Origin: Escherichia phage Utah | Direction: 5' to 3' (one strand) | Length of the DNA: 59,024 nt | Sequence record: KY014601.1 | Shown here: piece after piece, positions 9,232 to 18,862 of the stretch | Position numbering within the stretch: the stretch's first letter is position 1 | Layout of the letters: every line of letters begins with the position of its first letter | The notes under the pieces: generated by a model | Databases searched by the model: none | What the model saw: only the letters and a program-made list of their open reading frames with translations | What the model was told of the DNA's origin: nothing | Position numbers and translations under genes: made by a program

Positions 9232-10753
9232 AGCGCTCGCGTACTGCCTGCGGACGGTTAAACTGAACCGCAGCGACATGCACGACTATCAGGACGAAGG
9301 CGTCCAGTTCATCAAAGACCATCCGTACTGCGGCATGTTCGTAGACCTCGGCTTGGGTAAGACTGTCATGACCGGGACGGCCATGCTCGACCTGATCGCG
9401 GACGGCGAAATCAACAAAGTCCTCGTCGTCGCGCCGAAGCGCGTGGCCCGTACCGGGTGGCCGACGGAATTCGACGAGTGGGGCCACCTGTGTTTCTACA
9501 AGATGTCGGTCATCGCCGGGAACGCCAAAGAGCGCGCAGCGGCCGCGAGTAAGGACTGCCATTTTTACACGATCAGCGTGGATAACATTGCGTGGCTGTG
9601 TGAGCACTTCAAGACGAAATGGCCGTTCGACGCCGTGGTGCTGGACGAGTCGAGCATGTTCAAATCCCACACCTCGCAGCGCTTCAAACTGCTGCGCCGG
9701 GTGCGGAAGTACATCAAACGGATCGTCGAGTTGACGGCCACGCCTGCGGCCGAAGGGTACATGGGTATCTTCTCGCAAATTTACCTGCTGGACGAAGGCG
9801 AGCGCTTTGGCTCCACCATCGGCGGTTATCAGGAAAACTACTTCACGCAGAACCGCTACAACTTCAAATGGAAACTTCGCCCCGGTGCGGAAGACGAGAT
9901 TATTCGGAAGATTTCTGATATATGTTTAGTCATGAAAGCGGAAGACTACCTTGACATGCACGAACCGAATTTCGTTCCTGTCCCGGTCGAGTTAGACGGG
10001 GAGACGGCGGAGCGGTACCGCATGATGGAGGAAGAGAGCCTCGTCGAGATTATGCCGGACGATTTCGATGAACATCTGGATGACCCAATCGTGATCGAAG
10101 CGGAGCAGGCCGCGTCTTTGCAGTCGAAGTTATTGCAGATGTGCTCAGGCTTCATCTACGACACGAAAATCGTTGGCATAACGCAAGACGACAAGGTCAT
10201 TAAGCAGAAGGACACGTACAGGCTGCACGACCTGAAATTCGATGCACTGGAAGAACTGCTGGAAACCACGCTGGCCGATAAAAACGTGCTGATCGCCTAT
10301 CACTTCAAGCCGACCCTCGAACGACTGAAAGAGCGGTTTAAAGATCTGGTGGTCATGGATGATGACGGTAAGTGCATCAAGAAGTGGAACGCCGGAAAGA
10401 TTCGACTGCTGGCCGCGCACCCTCAGTCAGCGGGACACGGTTTAAACCTCCAGCATGGGGGCCACGTCATCGTCTACATCGACAATCCGTGGTCGCTCGA
10501 ACGCTTCCTGCAATTCAACGGCAGACTTCACCGTCAGGGCCAGAAGTACCCGGTTACTATCTACCAGTTCAAAGCCATGCTGCGAACACCGAACGGGCTT
10601 CTGGCCGAGACAGCGGACGACGTCGTGATTCAGGCGCTGAACGACAAAGAGGACGTGCAGGACGCGTTCTTCGAACTGCTCGAACGCATCAAAGGGCGCA
10701 TCAAACGCCGCAAGAAATCGAAAAATAAAGGGGTATGGGATGACGAAGAGTAA
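9194..10753 (+). CDS. SNF2-family (SF2) ATP-dependent helicase
   Basis: Motif I DLGLGKT, motif II VVLDESSMFK, C-terminal helicase motifs HPQSAGHGLNLQ and NGRLHRQGQ; start ambiguous (ATG 9194 overlaps VRR-NUC; alternative ATG 9278). Confidence 0.8.
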   Translation: MQTLKTTLSPLSRALAYCLRTVKLNRSDMHDYQDEGVQFIKDHPYCGMFVDLGLGKTVMTGTAMLDLIADGEINKVLVVAPKRVARTGWPTEFDEWGHLCFYKMSVIAGNAKERAAAASKDCHFYTISVDNIAWLCEHFKTKWPFDAVVLDESSMFKSHTSQRFKLLRRVRKYIKRIVELTATPAAEGYMGIFSQIYLLDEGERFGSTIGGYQENYFTQNRYNFKWKLRPGAEDEIIRKISDICLVMKAEDYLDMHEPNFVPVPVELDGETAERYRMMEEESLVEIMPDDFDEHLDDPIVIEAEQAASLQSKLLQMCSGFIYDTKIVGITQDDKVIKQKDTYRLHDLKFDALEELLETTLADKNVLIAYHFKPTLERLKERFKDLVVMDDDGKCIKKWNAGKIRLLAAHPQSAGHGLNLQHGGHVIVYIDNPWSLERFLQFNGRLHRQGQKYPVTIYQFKAMLRTPNGLLAETADDVVIQALNDKEDVQDAFFELLERIKGRIKRRKKSKNKGVWDDEE

Positions 10754-11309
10754 TGCGCCACTGGCAACCCGGAATCGCCGCTCTAATGCGCCGGACGCCG
10801 ATACCGAAGCGATGATCTTTCAGGGCTGCAACATCACGCAACTGGCGAAGCTGTTTCGCATGGAGCGCCGGGACATCACGCCGAAAATCATGGATGTCCC
10901 GCCTGTCGGCGAGCGTGGCGGGTACCCGATCTACGCGGTTCACGAAGTGGCCCCGTACCTCGTTAAGCCGCTGTACGATGTCGAGACGTACCTGCGCCGC
11001 ATGAATTTCAAGGATCTGCCGAAGGAGTTGTCGAAAGAGTTTTGGGCCGGGCAGCGTGCAAAGCAGGACTTCGACATCAAAGCGGGAAACCTGTGGGAAA
11101 CCGAGAAGGTGATCGAGCACTTCGGCGAGGCGGTGAAGGTGCTGCGCATGTCGATGTTGCTCATTCCCGACACGCTGGCGCGTCAGGCCGGACTCAGCGA
11201 GCCGCAACGTCAGGTCATCACGTCATCCATTGACGCCATGCTGAACGACCTGTCGAGCGCGCTGATCGATAAGTTCAACGGCGACGAGGTGGATGACGAT
11301 GAAGTTTAA
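10740..11309 (+). CDS. Terminase small subunit (Nu1-like) with acidic C-terminus
   Basis: Immediately upstream of and overlapping TerL; HTH-like N-region ITQLAKLFRMERRDITPKI resembling lambda Nu1 N-terminus; ends ...DEVDDDEV; possible alternative start at 10812. Confidence 0.55.
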   Translation: MTKSNAPLATRNRRSNAPDADTEAMIFQGCNITQLAKLFRMERRDITPKIMDVPPVGERGGYPIYAVHEVAPYLVKPLYDVETYLRRMNFKDLPKELSKEFWAGQRAKQDFDIKAGNLWETEKVIEHFGEAVKVLRMSMLLIPDTLARQAGLSEPQRQVITSSIDAMLNDLSSALIDKFNGDEVDDDEV

Positions 11310-13374
11310 GAGCATCGGGCAGATTATCAGTTCGGTGGCCGAGCAGTTACGTCCGCCAATGCGCATGACGGTGGCCGACGCGGCCGCCAAGTATCGCTAC
11401 GTCAACCAACCCGGCGCATACGTCGGGGATTGGCTTAACTCGACGACGCCGTACATGGTCGAGCCGATGAACATGATGAACAGCCGGGCGTACGACAAGA
11501 TGGCCTTTGTCGGCCCGGCGCAGTCCGGTAAAACCGATGCGCTGATCCTGAATAGCATTGTCTATTCGGTGAAAGTTGACCCGATGGATCTGATGGTCTA
11601 CTGCCCGACGTCAACGGCCGCGCGCGACTTCTCGATGCGACGTGTAGACCGTCTTCACCGCCATAGCCCGAAGGTGGGCGAAATGCTGATGAAGAACCGC
11701 GACGCCGACAACAAATTCGACAAACACTACGTCACAGGCATCATCCTGACGTTGAGTTATCCGTCAGTAACCGAACTGGCCGGGCGTCCCGTTGGTCGCA
11801 TCATCATCACCGACTACGACCGTATTGACGACGACATCGGCGGCGACGGTAACGCCTTCGACCTCGCATCAAAACGTACGACGACCTTCGGGTCGTTTGC
11901 CATGTGTGCAGCCGAGTCATCGCCATCGCGCCCGATTAAAGACCCAAGCTGGATTAAGCGCACGCCCCACGAAGCCCCGCCGTGTGACGGGATTGTCGGC
12001 CTGTACAACCGTGGCGACCGCCGCCGCTGGAAATGGCCGTGTCCGCATTGCGACCAGTATTTCGAAGGTACCTTCCAGCTTTTGAAGTGGAACACGAAAG
12101 ACGCCGATGGCAACCCTCTAACCAACCTCGAAAAGTCGGAGACAGTGCGCATGGCCTGTCCACACTGCGGCTGCGAAATAGACCCGGTTGATAAGTATGA
12201 AATGAACCTGTGGGGGATGTGGGTGCCGGAAGGCTGTCATGTCAACGAGTTGGGCCAACTGGCCGGGGTACCGATGCGCTCGTCGTTCGCGTCCTTCTGG
12301 CTTCGCGGAACGGCGGCCGCATTCATCACATGGCAGAAACTGGTTCTGAACTACCTCGATGCGATGGATGACTACGAGCGTACGATGTCCGAAGAGTCCT
12401 TGAAGAAATTCTGGAACAACGACATGGGCGAACCGTACGTGCCGAAGGCGATCGAGACGGTACGCGTTCCGGAAGCGCTGAAAGCCCGCGCCGAGAAGTG
12501 GCCGGAACAGACGGTGCCGAAGAATGTGCGGTTCTTGGCGGCCACGGTGGACGTGCAGAAGCATAGCTTTGAAGTGTCGGTGCATGGTGTGGCCCCCGGC
12601 TACCCGTTCGACACCTATCTGATCGACCGCTTCAACATCACGAAATCGCGCCGACTCGATGACGATGGCGACCCGAAAATCCTGCACCCGGGCGCGTACC
12701 TCGAAGATTGGGATCTCATTGAAACCGAAGTGATGAACAAGACGTATCCGCTGTCCGATAATTCGGGCCGTTCGCTGCCGATCAAGATGACCGCGTGCGA
12801 CTCCGGTGGTGAAGCCGGGGTAACGGGCAACGCGTACGAATTCTTCCGGAAACTGCGGAAGGAAGGGAAAACCGGGCGCTTCTGTCTGGTGAAGGGCGAC
12901 CCGAAAGCGAACAACCCGCGCACCCGTGTAGCGCTACCGGACTCCAACCAGAAAGACAAGAAAGCCATCGCACGCGGCGACGTTCCGGTGCTGATGATTA
13001 ACTCGAACGTGATGAAAGACAGCCTGAACGGCCGACTGGACGTCGTGGAGCCGGGCAAAGGCATGTACCACATCCCGGACTGGATGGGCGACGCGGTATT
13101 CGCCGAACTGTGTACGGAGACGCGTGACGAGAAAGGCTGGCACAACCCATCCCACGCCCGAAACGAAACGTGGGACTTGGCATATTATTTATTGGGAATT
13201 TGCGTCAGTGGCCGCGTGCTCGGGATTGAGCAGATAGATTGGGATAACCCGCCATCATGGGCGGCCGAGTGGGACGATAACAGCATGGTTATTTTACCGC
13301 AGAGCGATGAACCTATTGATGCACCGAAAGATACCGAATACAGTTTCGAGAAACTCGCAATGGCGTTAGCATAG
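11293..13374 (+). CDS. Terminase large subunit (lambda gpA-like)
   Basis: 693 aa; Walker A-like GPAQSGKT; lambda gpA-like C-terminal segment NETWDLAYYLLG; gene order TerS-TerL-W-portal. Confidence 0.85.
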   Translation: MTMKFKSIGQIISSVAEQLRPPMRMTVADAAAKYRYVNQPGAYVGDWLNSTTPYMVEPMNMMNSRAYDKMAFVGPAQSGKTDALILNSIVYSVKVDPMDLMVYCPTSTAARDFSMRRVDRLHRHSPKVGEMLMKNRDADNKFDKHYVTGIILTLSYPSVTELAGRPVGRIIITDYDRIDDDIGGDGNAFDLASKRTTTFGSFAMCAAESSPSRPIKDPSWIKRTPHEAPPCDGIVGLYNRGDRRRWKWPCPHCDQYFEGTFQLLKWNTKDADGNPLTNLEKSETVRMACPHCGCEIDPVDKYEMNLWGMWVPEGCHVNELGQLAGVPMRSSFASFWLRGTAAAFITWQKLVLNYLDAMDDYERTMSEESLKKFWNNDMGEPYVPKAIETVRVPEALKARAEKWPEQTVPKNVRFLAATVDVQKHSFEVSVHGVAPGYPFDTYLIDRFNITKSRRLDDDGDPKILHPGAYLEDWDLIETEVMNKTYPLSDNSGRSLPIKMTACDSGGEAGVTGNAYEFFRKLRKEGKTGRFCLVKGDPKANNPRTRVALPDSNQKDKKAIARGDVPVLMINSNVMKDSLNGRLDVVEPGKGMYHIPDWMGDAVFAELCTETRDEKGWHNPSHARNETWDLAYYLLGICVSGRVLGIEQIDWDNPPSWAAEWDDNSMVILPQSDEPIDAPKDTEYSFEKLAMALA

Positions 13375-13384
13375 GAGAACCACC

Positions 13385-13639
13385 ATGACACCAGAAGAAT
13401 GCCGCGCGCAATATCGCCTCATGCTCAAAGAAGCGATGGATGCGTACCACCAATTAAACCTCGGCGGCTCGGTGCGCGTCGTGGTGGATCAGAACAGTGA
13501 ACGCGTGGAATATACCGCAGCGAACCGACAAAGCCTATGGGCCTACATCGTTCGACTGCAAAACGCGATTAATTCGGACAACCCTTGCGCGGCCTTCATG
13601 GGCCTACCAAGTTCACCAGCAGGATTCTTATTCCCATGA
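13385..13639 (+). CDS. Head-tail joining protein (lambda gpW-like)
   Basis: 84 aa; RVVVDQNSERVEYTAANRQSLWAYIVRLQ and C-terminal PAGF resemble lambda gpW; sits between TerL and portal. Confidence 0.6.
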   Translation: MTPEECRAQYRLMLKEAMDAYHQLNLGGSVRVVVDQNSERVEYTAANRQSLWAYIVRLQNAINSDNPCAAFMGLPSSPAGFLFP

Positions 13640-15315
13640 CCGAGAAAAAGAGAAGCACTACACAACGGGCGAAGAAAGCGGCAAAGACCGCCGACGTCGC
13701 TACGTTGGACGCCACGCCGCAGAATCCTTCGGCACTCGGTGGCGGCTTAGAGGGGGCTGAACGGAACACGCGTGAAATGTTCCGCTGGACGCCTGCCATC
13801 ATTTCACCAGACCAGCAGATCGCCCAAGACGGTACGCTGGCGCTTTCGCGTGCGCAGGACATCGTACAGAACGACGGCTACGCATTTGGCGCGGTGGCGA
13901 TTCACCGTGACAGCGTCGTCGGCTCGCAGTACAAACTCAACTCGAAACCGAATTCGCTGGTGCTCGGCGCGCCGGAAGGTTGGGCGGATGAATTTCAGGA
14001 GGTAGTCGAGGCGCGCTTCAACATGGTGGCCGAGTCTCCTGAAAACTGGTTCGATGCCCGCCGGATGAACACGCTGACCGGGCTTGTCCGTCTGGCCGTT
14101 GGCGGCTTCATCATGACCGGGGAAGTTCTGGCGTCATGCGAGTGGATGAAGCCGAAGGGAACCCGTATGCAGCGCCGTCCGTTCGGCACTGCGATCCAGA
14201 TGATTTCGCCGTACCGTCTGTCCAACCCGGACAACATCATGGACGACAAGTATCTGCGCTCCGGCGTCAAACTGGATGAAATGGGCGCTCCGATCGGCTA
14301 CTGGCTGCGTAAAGCGTTCCCGGGCGACCCGACTGACCTCGAACAATGGCGATGGGAATACCAGCCCGCTCGCTTCGATTGGGGCCGACGTCGGATGATC
14401 CACATCATCGAAGCGCTGCTGCCGGGCCAGACTCGCGGTATCAGTGAAATGGTCGCAGCGTTGAAGCAGATGAAGATGACCCGAAACTTTCAGGAAGTCA
14501 CGCTGCAAAACGCCATCGTCAACGCGACCTACGCGGCCGCCATCGAATCAGAATTGCCGTCTGACGTGGTCTTCAATCAGATGGGGATGGGACAGACGCC
14601 GTTCGGCGACATCCTGAAAACCTACATGGGGAGTCTGGCCGAGTACATCGCCGGATCGAAAAACATCGCAATCGACGGGGCGAAAATCCCGCACCTGTTC
14701 CCCGGTACGAAACTGAAAATGCAGCCCGCAGGAACGCCGGGCGGAGTCGGAACCGATTATGAAGAATCGTTGCTCAGGAACATCGCCGCATCACTCGGCC
14801 TTTCGTACGAGCAGTTCAGCCGCGACTATACGAAAACGAACTACTCTTCTGCCCGCGCTTCGATGGCTGAAACGTGGAAGTACATGGAAAGCCGTAAAAA
14901 GCTGGTAGCCGACCGTTTCGCGTCGATGATTTATACGTTGTGGTTGGAAGAAGAGGTTAACGCTGGTAATGTTCCACTGCCGCCGGGCTTCACTTGGCGC
15001 GACTTCTACGACCCGATGAAACGTGACGCGCTTTGCAACGCAGAATGGATCGGCGCGAGTCGCGGCCAGATCGACGAGAAGAAAGAAACCGAAGCCGCTA
15101 TCCTTCGCATCAAGAATGGCCTGTCAACGTACGAAGCAGAAATCGCCCGCCTCGGTGGGGACTTCCGCGAAGTATTCAAACAGCGCGCCCGCGAAGAAGG
15201 CATCATCAAAGATTTGGGCCTTGATTTCTCCGGCAAGATGGTCGAAGGGACGGAGGCAAGCGGTTCAACTGGCAGCACTGGCTCGGACAACAACGAAGAG
15301 GATACGAAGGAATGA
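13636..15315 (+). CDS. Portal protein (lambda gpB-like)
   Basis: ATG 13636 overlaps gpW stop (ATGA); about 560 aa; position between W and prohead protease. Confidence 0.8.
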   Translation: MTEKKRSTTQRAKKAAKTADVATLDATPQNPSALGGGLEGAERNTREMFRWTPAIISPDQQIAQDGTLALSRAQDIVQNDGYAFGAVAIHRDSVVGSQYKLNSKPNSLVLGAPEGWADEFQEVVEARFNMVAESPENWFDARRMNTLTGLVRLAVGGFIMTGEVLASCEWMKPKGTRMQRRPFGTAIQMISPYRLSNPDNIMDDKYLRSGVKLDEMGAPIGYWLRKAFPGDPTDLEQWRWEYQPARFDWGRRRMIHIIEALLPGQTRGISEMVAALKQMKMTRNFQEVTLQNAIVNATYAAAIESELPSDVVFNQMGMGQTPFGDILKTYMGSLAEYIAGSKNIAIDGAKIPHLFPGTKLKMQPAGTPGGVGTDYEESLLRNIAASLGLSYEQFSRDYTKTNYSSARASMAETWKYMESRKKLVADRFASMIYTLWLEEEVNAGNVPLPPGFTWRDFYDPMKRDALCNAEWIGASRGQIDEKKETEAAILRIKNGLSTYEAEIARLGGDFREVFKQRAREEGIIKDLGLDFSGKMVEGTEASGSTGSTGSDNNEEDTKE

Positions 15316-16628
15316 GCAACCACGTAAGAGCGAGCGTCTCAATGGCGCTCAGTCGAATGAACGGCCAGCCGATCGCCATTCGCGAGAATGACCCGACGCT
15401 GCTGACCAACATGCAGCAGATGATGTCCTGCGATGACGAAGATTTTCAGGAGCGCGCTGAACAGCAGATGCGCGAAAACCTGTGTGCAGCGTACGGCGTT
15501 GGCCGACCGTCTGCGGACAAGCCTTTCGCCTTCTCGAACGGCCTCGCCATCATCCCGATTCACGGCACCCTGATTAACCGCTATGGCGGGTATTACTACG
15601 GCTACGTGACGGGCTACAATTTTATCCGCAGTCAGCGTAATGCAGCGCTGGCCGACCCAGATGTCGAGGCTATCATCTACGACGTTAACTCGAACGGCGG
15701 GGAAGCAGCAGGCTGTTTCGAGCTGTCACAGGAAATGTTTGATACACGCGGCGAGAAACCTTCGCTGGCGGTTGTCGATTCAAACTGCTATTCTGCGGCA
15801 TATGCGTTGGCGAGCGCAGCGGATAAAATCGTTGTAACGCCGTCCGGCGGTGCCGGAAGCATCGGTGTTATCGCCCTCCACATCGACATGTCGAAGATGT
15901 TGGCGGACATCGGTATCACCGTGAATATCATCAAGTCCGGGGAGCACAAAGCCGACGGCAACCCGTACGAACCAATGAGCGATGAAGTACGAGCAGACTG
16001 GCAAGCGAGCGTAGATTCAATGCGTACCGACTTCGTCAATCTTGTCGCTCAAAACAGGGATTTAGATCCGAAAGTGGTGCGCGACACCGAAGCGATGTGC
16101 TATAACGCTGGTGAAGCGATGTCAATCGGTCTAATTGACGCGGTATCAACGCCTTCGAAGGCTGTTACCGAATTCCTCAACGGGCCGTCCGATAACAGCC
16201 CGGATCACTCAGGAGCGAACGCAATGAGCTTTACGCAAGAAGAAATGGACGCAGCCCGCGCAGAGGCGGCGACCAACGAACGAACCCGCATTGCCGGGAT
16301 CATGGGCTGTGATGCAGCGGCTAACCGTACCAAACTGGCAAACCACATCGCCTTCAACACGAATATGTCCGTTGAAGACGCGACTGCAATGCTGACCAAT
16401 TCCGCCGAAGAACCGAAAGCCGCTGTTACGACTACCGTCGTTGACGCTGCTGCGCCGGGTAAAACCGGAACCGAAGCGAAGGGTGACAGCCCGTTCGATT
16501 CAGTGATGGCAAGCGCGGAACATCCTAACGCTGGTGCCGATGCAGGCAACGAGCAGGAAGGCGCGAAAGAAACGGCTGGCCTGATGGCGGCAATGACCGC
16601 TGTCGCTGGCAACAACATGGCTAAGTAA
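15312..16628 (+). CDS. Prohead protease, S49/ClpP-class (lambda gpC-like), with Ala-rich C-terminal extension
   Basis: 438 aa; S49-like active-site region VVDSNCYSAAYALASAADKIVVTPSGGAGSIGVIA; C-terminal third is Ala/Thr-rich and scaffold-like. Confidence 0.75.
   Translation: MSNHVRASVSMALSRMNGQPIAIRENDPTLLTNMQQMMSCDDEDFQERAEQQMRENLCAAYGVGRPSADKPFAFSNGLAIIPIHGTLINRYGGYYYGYVTGYNFIRSQRNAALADPDVEAIIYDVNSNGGEAAGCFELSQEMFDTRGEKPSLAVVDSNCYSAAYALASAADKIVVTPSGGAGSIGVIALHIDMSKMLADIGITVNIIKSGEHKADGNPYEPMSDEVRADWQASVDSMRTDFVNLVAQNRDLDPKVVRDTEAMCYNAGEAMSIGLIDAVSTPSKAVTEFLNGPSDNSPDHSGANAMSFTQEEMDAARAEAATNERTRIAGIMGCDAAANRTKLANHIAFNTNMSVEDATAMLTNSAEEPKAAVTTTVVDAAAPGKTGTEAKGDSPFDSVMASAEHPNAGADAGNEQEGAKETAGLMAAMTAVAGNNMAK
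16224..16628 (+). CDS. Candidate nested scaffolding protein (Nu3-like), in-frame internal start within protease gene
   Basis: ATG 16224 is in frame with 15312 ORF and preceded by AGGAG (16211-16215); encodes the Ala-rich C-terminal 134 aa; mirrors lambda C/Nu3. Confidence 0.4.
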   Translation: MSFTQEEMDAARAEAATNERTRIAGIMGCDAAANRTKLANHIAFNTNMSVEDATAMLTNSAEEPKAAVTTTVVDAAAPGKTGTEAKGDSPFDSVMASAEHPNAGADAGNEQEGAKETAGLMAAMTAVAGNNMAK

Positions 16629-16642
16629 TAGGGGATCTTCGG

Positions 16643-17062
16643 ATGAATCTTTTGACTATGATGGCCGCCTCCAGCCTGCCTAACTATCTGGCTGGAAACG
16701 GCGACCTCGGCTCTTGGGAGCCAACCCAAATCTTCGCAGGTGAAGCGGATATTGTGACCGAAGGCGGTGCCGCTGGCGCTGACATCGAGATCTATCAGGT
16801 TATCGCGAAGAACGCCGCTGGCGCTATGGTGCCACATGACCCGACTGCGACCACTGGCACGTCTCCGGACGAAGTACCAGCACCGCAGTCTGTGGCTATC
16901 GGTATCGCAGCGCAGCCCGCGAAGTCCGGCCAGAACGTGCCGTACTACATCGGTGGTGTATTCAACCACGCTGCCCTCGGTTGGCACGCGTCGCTTGATA
17001 CGCTGGCAAAACGTCAGGCGGTCTTCGACCGTACTAACATCCACATCGGCAATCTGTACTAA
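16643..17062 (+). CDS. Head decoration protein (lambda gpD-like)
   Basis: 139 aa; between protease/scaffold and major capsid gene; Ala/Gly-rich like gpD. Confidence 0.55.
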   Translation: MNLLTMMAASSLPNYLAGNGDLGSWEPTQIFAGEADIVTEGGAAGADIEIYQVIAKNAAGAMVPHDPTATTGTSPDEVPAPQSVAIGIAAQPAKSGQNVPYYIGGVFNHAALGWHASLDTLAKRQAVFDRTNIHIGNLY

Positions 17063-17074
17063 GGAGCAGCGCAA

Positions 17075-18139
17075 ATGGCTGGACTTTACACTACTTACCA
17101 ACTGCTCGAAGTACAGCGCAAGCTGAAAACGCTGCCTGCGTTCTTCCTGCAATGGTTCCCGCGCCAGATTAACTTTCAGGAAGACATGATTGCCTTCGAT
17201 AAAGTTATTCAGGACGTAACCCGCGTCGCTCCGTTCGTTGCACCCAACGTACAGGGCCGCGTGATCAAAGAAAGCGGCTACAACACGAAGACTTTTAAAC
17301 CTGCCTACGTGAAGCCGAAACATGTCATCGACCCTAACATGATCATCCCGCGTCAGCCGGGTGAAGCGTTGGGTACTGGCACCCTGTCTATCGCGCAGCG
17401 CCGCGACCGTGTCATCGCATATCTGCTGATGAAACACCGCGCCATGCACGAAAATACGTGGGAATGGATGGCGGCGCAGGCTGCGCAATACGGTTACGTT
17501 GACGTTCAGGGTCAGGACTACCCGCTGGTGCGTGTAGACTTCGGCCGTGATGCAGCGCTGACCATGACAACCGACTGGACTGCCAGCGGCGTCACCCTGA
17601 TGGACATGATTGCTGACCTGCGTGACGGTCAACGTCTGGTGTCCGATAAGTCCATGTCCGGCACCGTGATCCGCGACTACGTCTTCGGCGGCGACGCTTG
17701 GGATCAGTTCGTCAAGGTCGGCGGTAAAGAACTGTGGGGCAAAGATGGCCTGATGGACTCAACCATCCGTGGGTCTGAAACCAACGTTACCCGCCTGTGG
17801 GACGACGTGGAAGGCGTTCAGTACATGGGCGAACTGGTAGGGGCTAACGGTGCTGGCCGTATGCGTATTTGGGTGAACACTCAGAAATACCGCGACCAGA
17901 ACGACCAAGAACAGTTCCTGATGAAGCAGAAGGCGGTAATGGGTATTTCCTCGGCGATCGAGGGCGTACGTTGCTTCGGCGCGATTCTGGACAAAGGTGC
18001 GGGCTATCAGGCGCTTGATTACTTCCCGAAAATGTGGGATCAGGAAGACCCGAGTGTGGAATACCTGATGTCTCAGGGCGCACCACTGATGGTTCCAGCA
18101 GACCCGAACGCGTCGTTCCTGCTGACCGTGATGTCCTAA
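17075..18139 (+). CDS. Major capsid protein (lambda gpE-like)
   Basis: 354 aa; N-terminal YTTYQLLEV and YVKPKH motif, C-terminal SQGAPLM resemble lambda gpE (YTTAQLLA, YVKPKH, SAPLM). Confidence 0.85.
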   Translation: MAGLYTTYQLLEVQRKLKTLPAFFLQWFPRQINFQEDMIAFDKVIQDVTRVAPFVAPNVQGRVIKESGYNTKTFKPAYVKPKHVIDPNMIIPRQPGEALGTGTLSIAQRRDRVIAYLLMKHRAMHENTWEWMAAQAAQYGYVDVQGQDYPLVRVDFGRDAALTMTTDWTASGVTLMDMIADLRDGQRLVSDKSMSGTVIRDYVFGGDAWDQFVKVGGKELWGKDGLMDSTIRGSETNVTRLWDDVEGVQYMGELVGANGAGRMRIWVNTQKYRDQNDQEQFLMKQKAVMGISSAIEGVRCFGAILDKGAGYQALDYFPKMWDQEDPSVEYLMSQGAPLMVPADPNASFLLTVMS

Positions 18140-18200
18140 TAACCCGTAATTCAAACCTACGATCCGCCTGTACCGGGCGGGTCGCTTTGAGGAAAGAGCC

Positions 18201-18494
18201 ATGCCAAAACGTAAAGTTCTCCAGACCGTCATCGTTTACCGCGACGGCGCGCGTATCAAACCGTCCATCGGCGAGATCTTCGATTTCAAACAAGCCGAAC
18301 TGGACAGCATCAACAAAATCAACCCGGATGCCATCGGCCGCCCGGTGATGGAAGTTGACATGGAAAATCAGGCAGCGCAGGAAGCCGCAGCGCAGCAGGC
18401 GAAAGCTGAAACGTCCAAAAAAGACGAGAAGGCTGACGGTGCTAAGAAAAACGCCAAAGACGATAAAAAGTCTGGCGCGGAAGACGAAGTCTAA
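18201..18494 (+). CDS. Hypothetical head-associated protein with Lys-rich region and acidic C-terminus (FI position)
   Basis: 97 aa; ends ...KKSGAEDEV; location equals lambda FI slot. Confidence 0.45.
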   Translation: MPKRKVLQTVIVYRDGARIKPSIGEIFDFKQAELDSINKINPDAIGRPVMEVDMENQAAQEAAAQQAKAETSKKDEKADGAKKNAKDDKKSGAEDEV

Positions 18495-18496
18495 TT

Positions 18497-18862
18497 ATGG
18501 CTTCTAACTTCGCAGCAATTAAAGCGAAGGCTCGCAGGGACGTACACGCGTCCCTGTCAGTACCTGCTCGCTACGAGAATTATTCGCAGGACGTCATCGT
18601 CGAAGGTCTTAGCGTCCGCTGGCACAACAAAATCGCTATCATGGGCGATCTTGAAAACGGCGGATACGCGAACATCGTTGAGGGCGTCGAGCGAATCATT
18701 TTCACGCGTGAAGAACTGGCCGTCAAAGGCGTGGTGCTGTCCGAAGGCGATAGCATCATAATGACGGCCGAGGGCTACGAGAACGCCCGTCTGGTTCTCA
18801 AAACGCAAGAACCCATCGTCGGGCCAGTGGAAGTCGTCTGGCAGGTGGCGAGGGCCGACTGA
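18497..18862 (+). CDS. Putative head-tail adaptor / head completion protein (FII position)
   Basis: 121 aa; position between capsid and tail completion genes; no motif recognised. Confidence 0.4.
   Translation: MASNFAAIKAKARRDVHASLSVPARYENYSQDVIVEGLSVRWHNKIAIMGDLENGGYANIVEGVERIIFTREELAVKGVVLSEGDSIIMTAEGYENARLVLKTQEPIVGPVEVVWQVARAD

Noticed and set aside
9194-9277. Certainty about the SNF2 helicase start
   Set aside because: ATG 9194 overlaps VRR-NUC by 38 nt while ATG 9278 does not; both are possible, so the longer ORF is reported with the start flagged as ambiguous.
13585-13635. Upstream ATG 13585 as portal start
   Set aside because: Would overlap the gpW-like gene by 55 nt; ATG 13636 gives the usual ATGA stop-start overlap.
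18163-18195. Hairpin CCGCC-TGTACC-GGGCGG after the major capsid gene as a terminator
   Set aside because: No convincing U-run follows; more likely a partial attenuator or mRNA-stabilising structure; not listed as a terminator.
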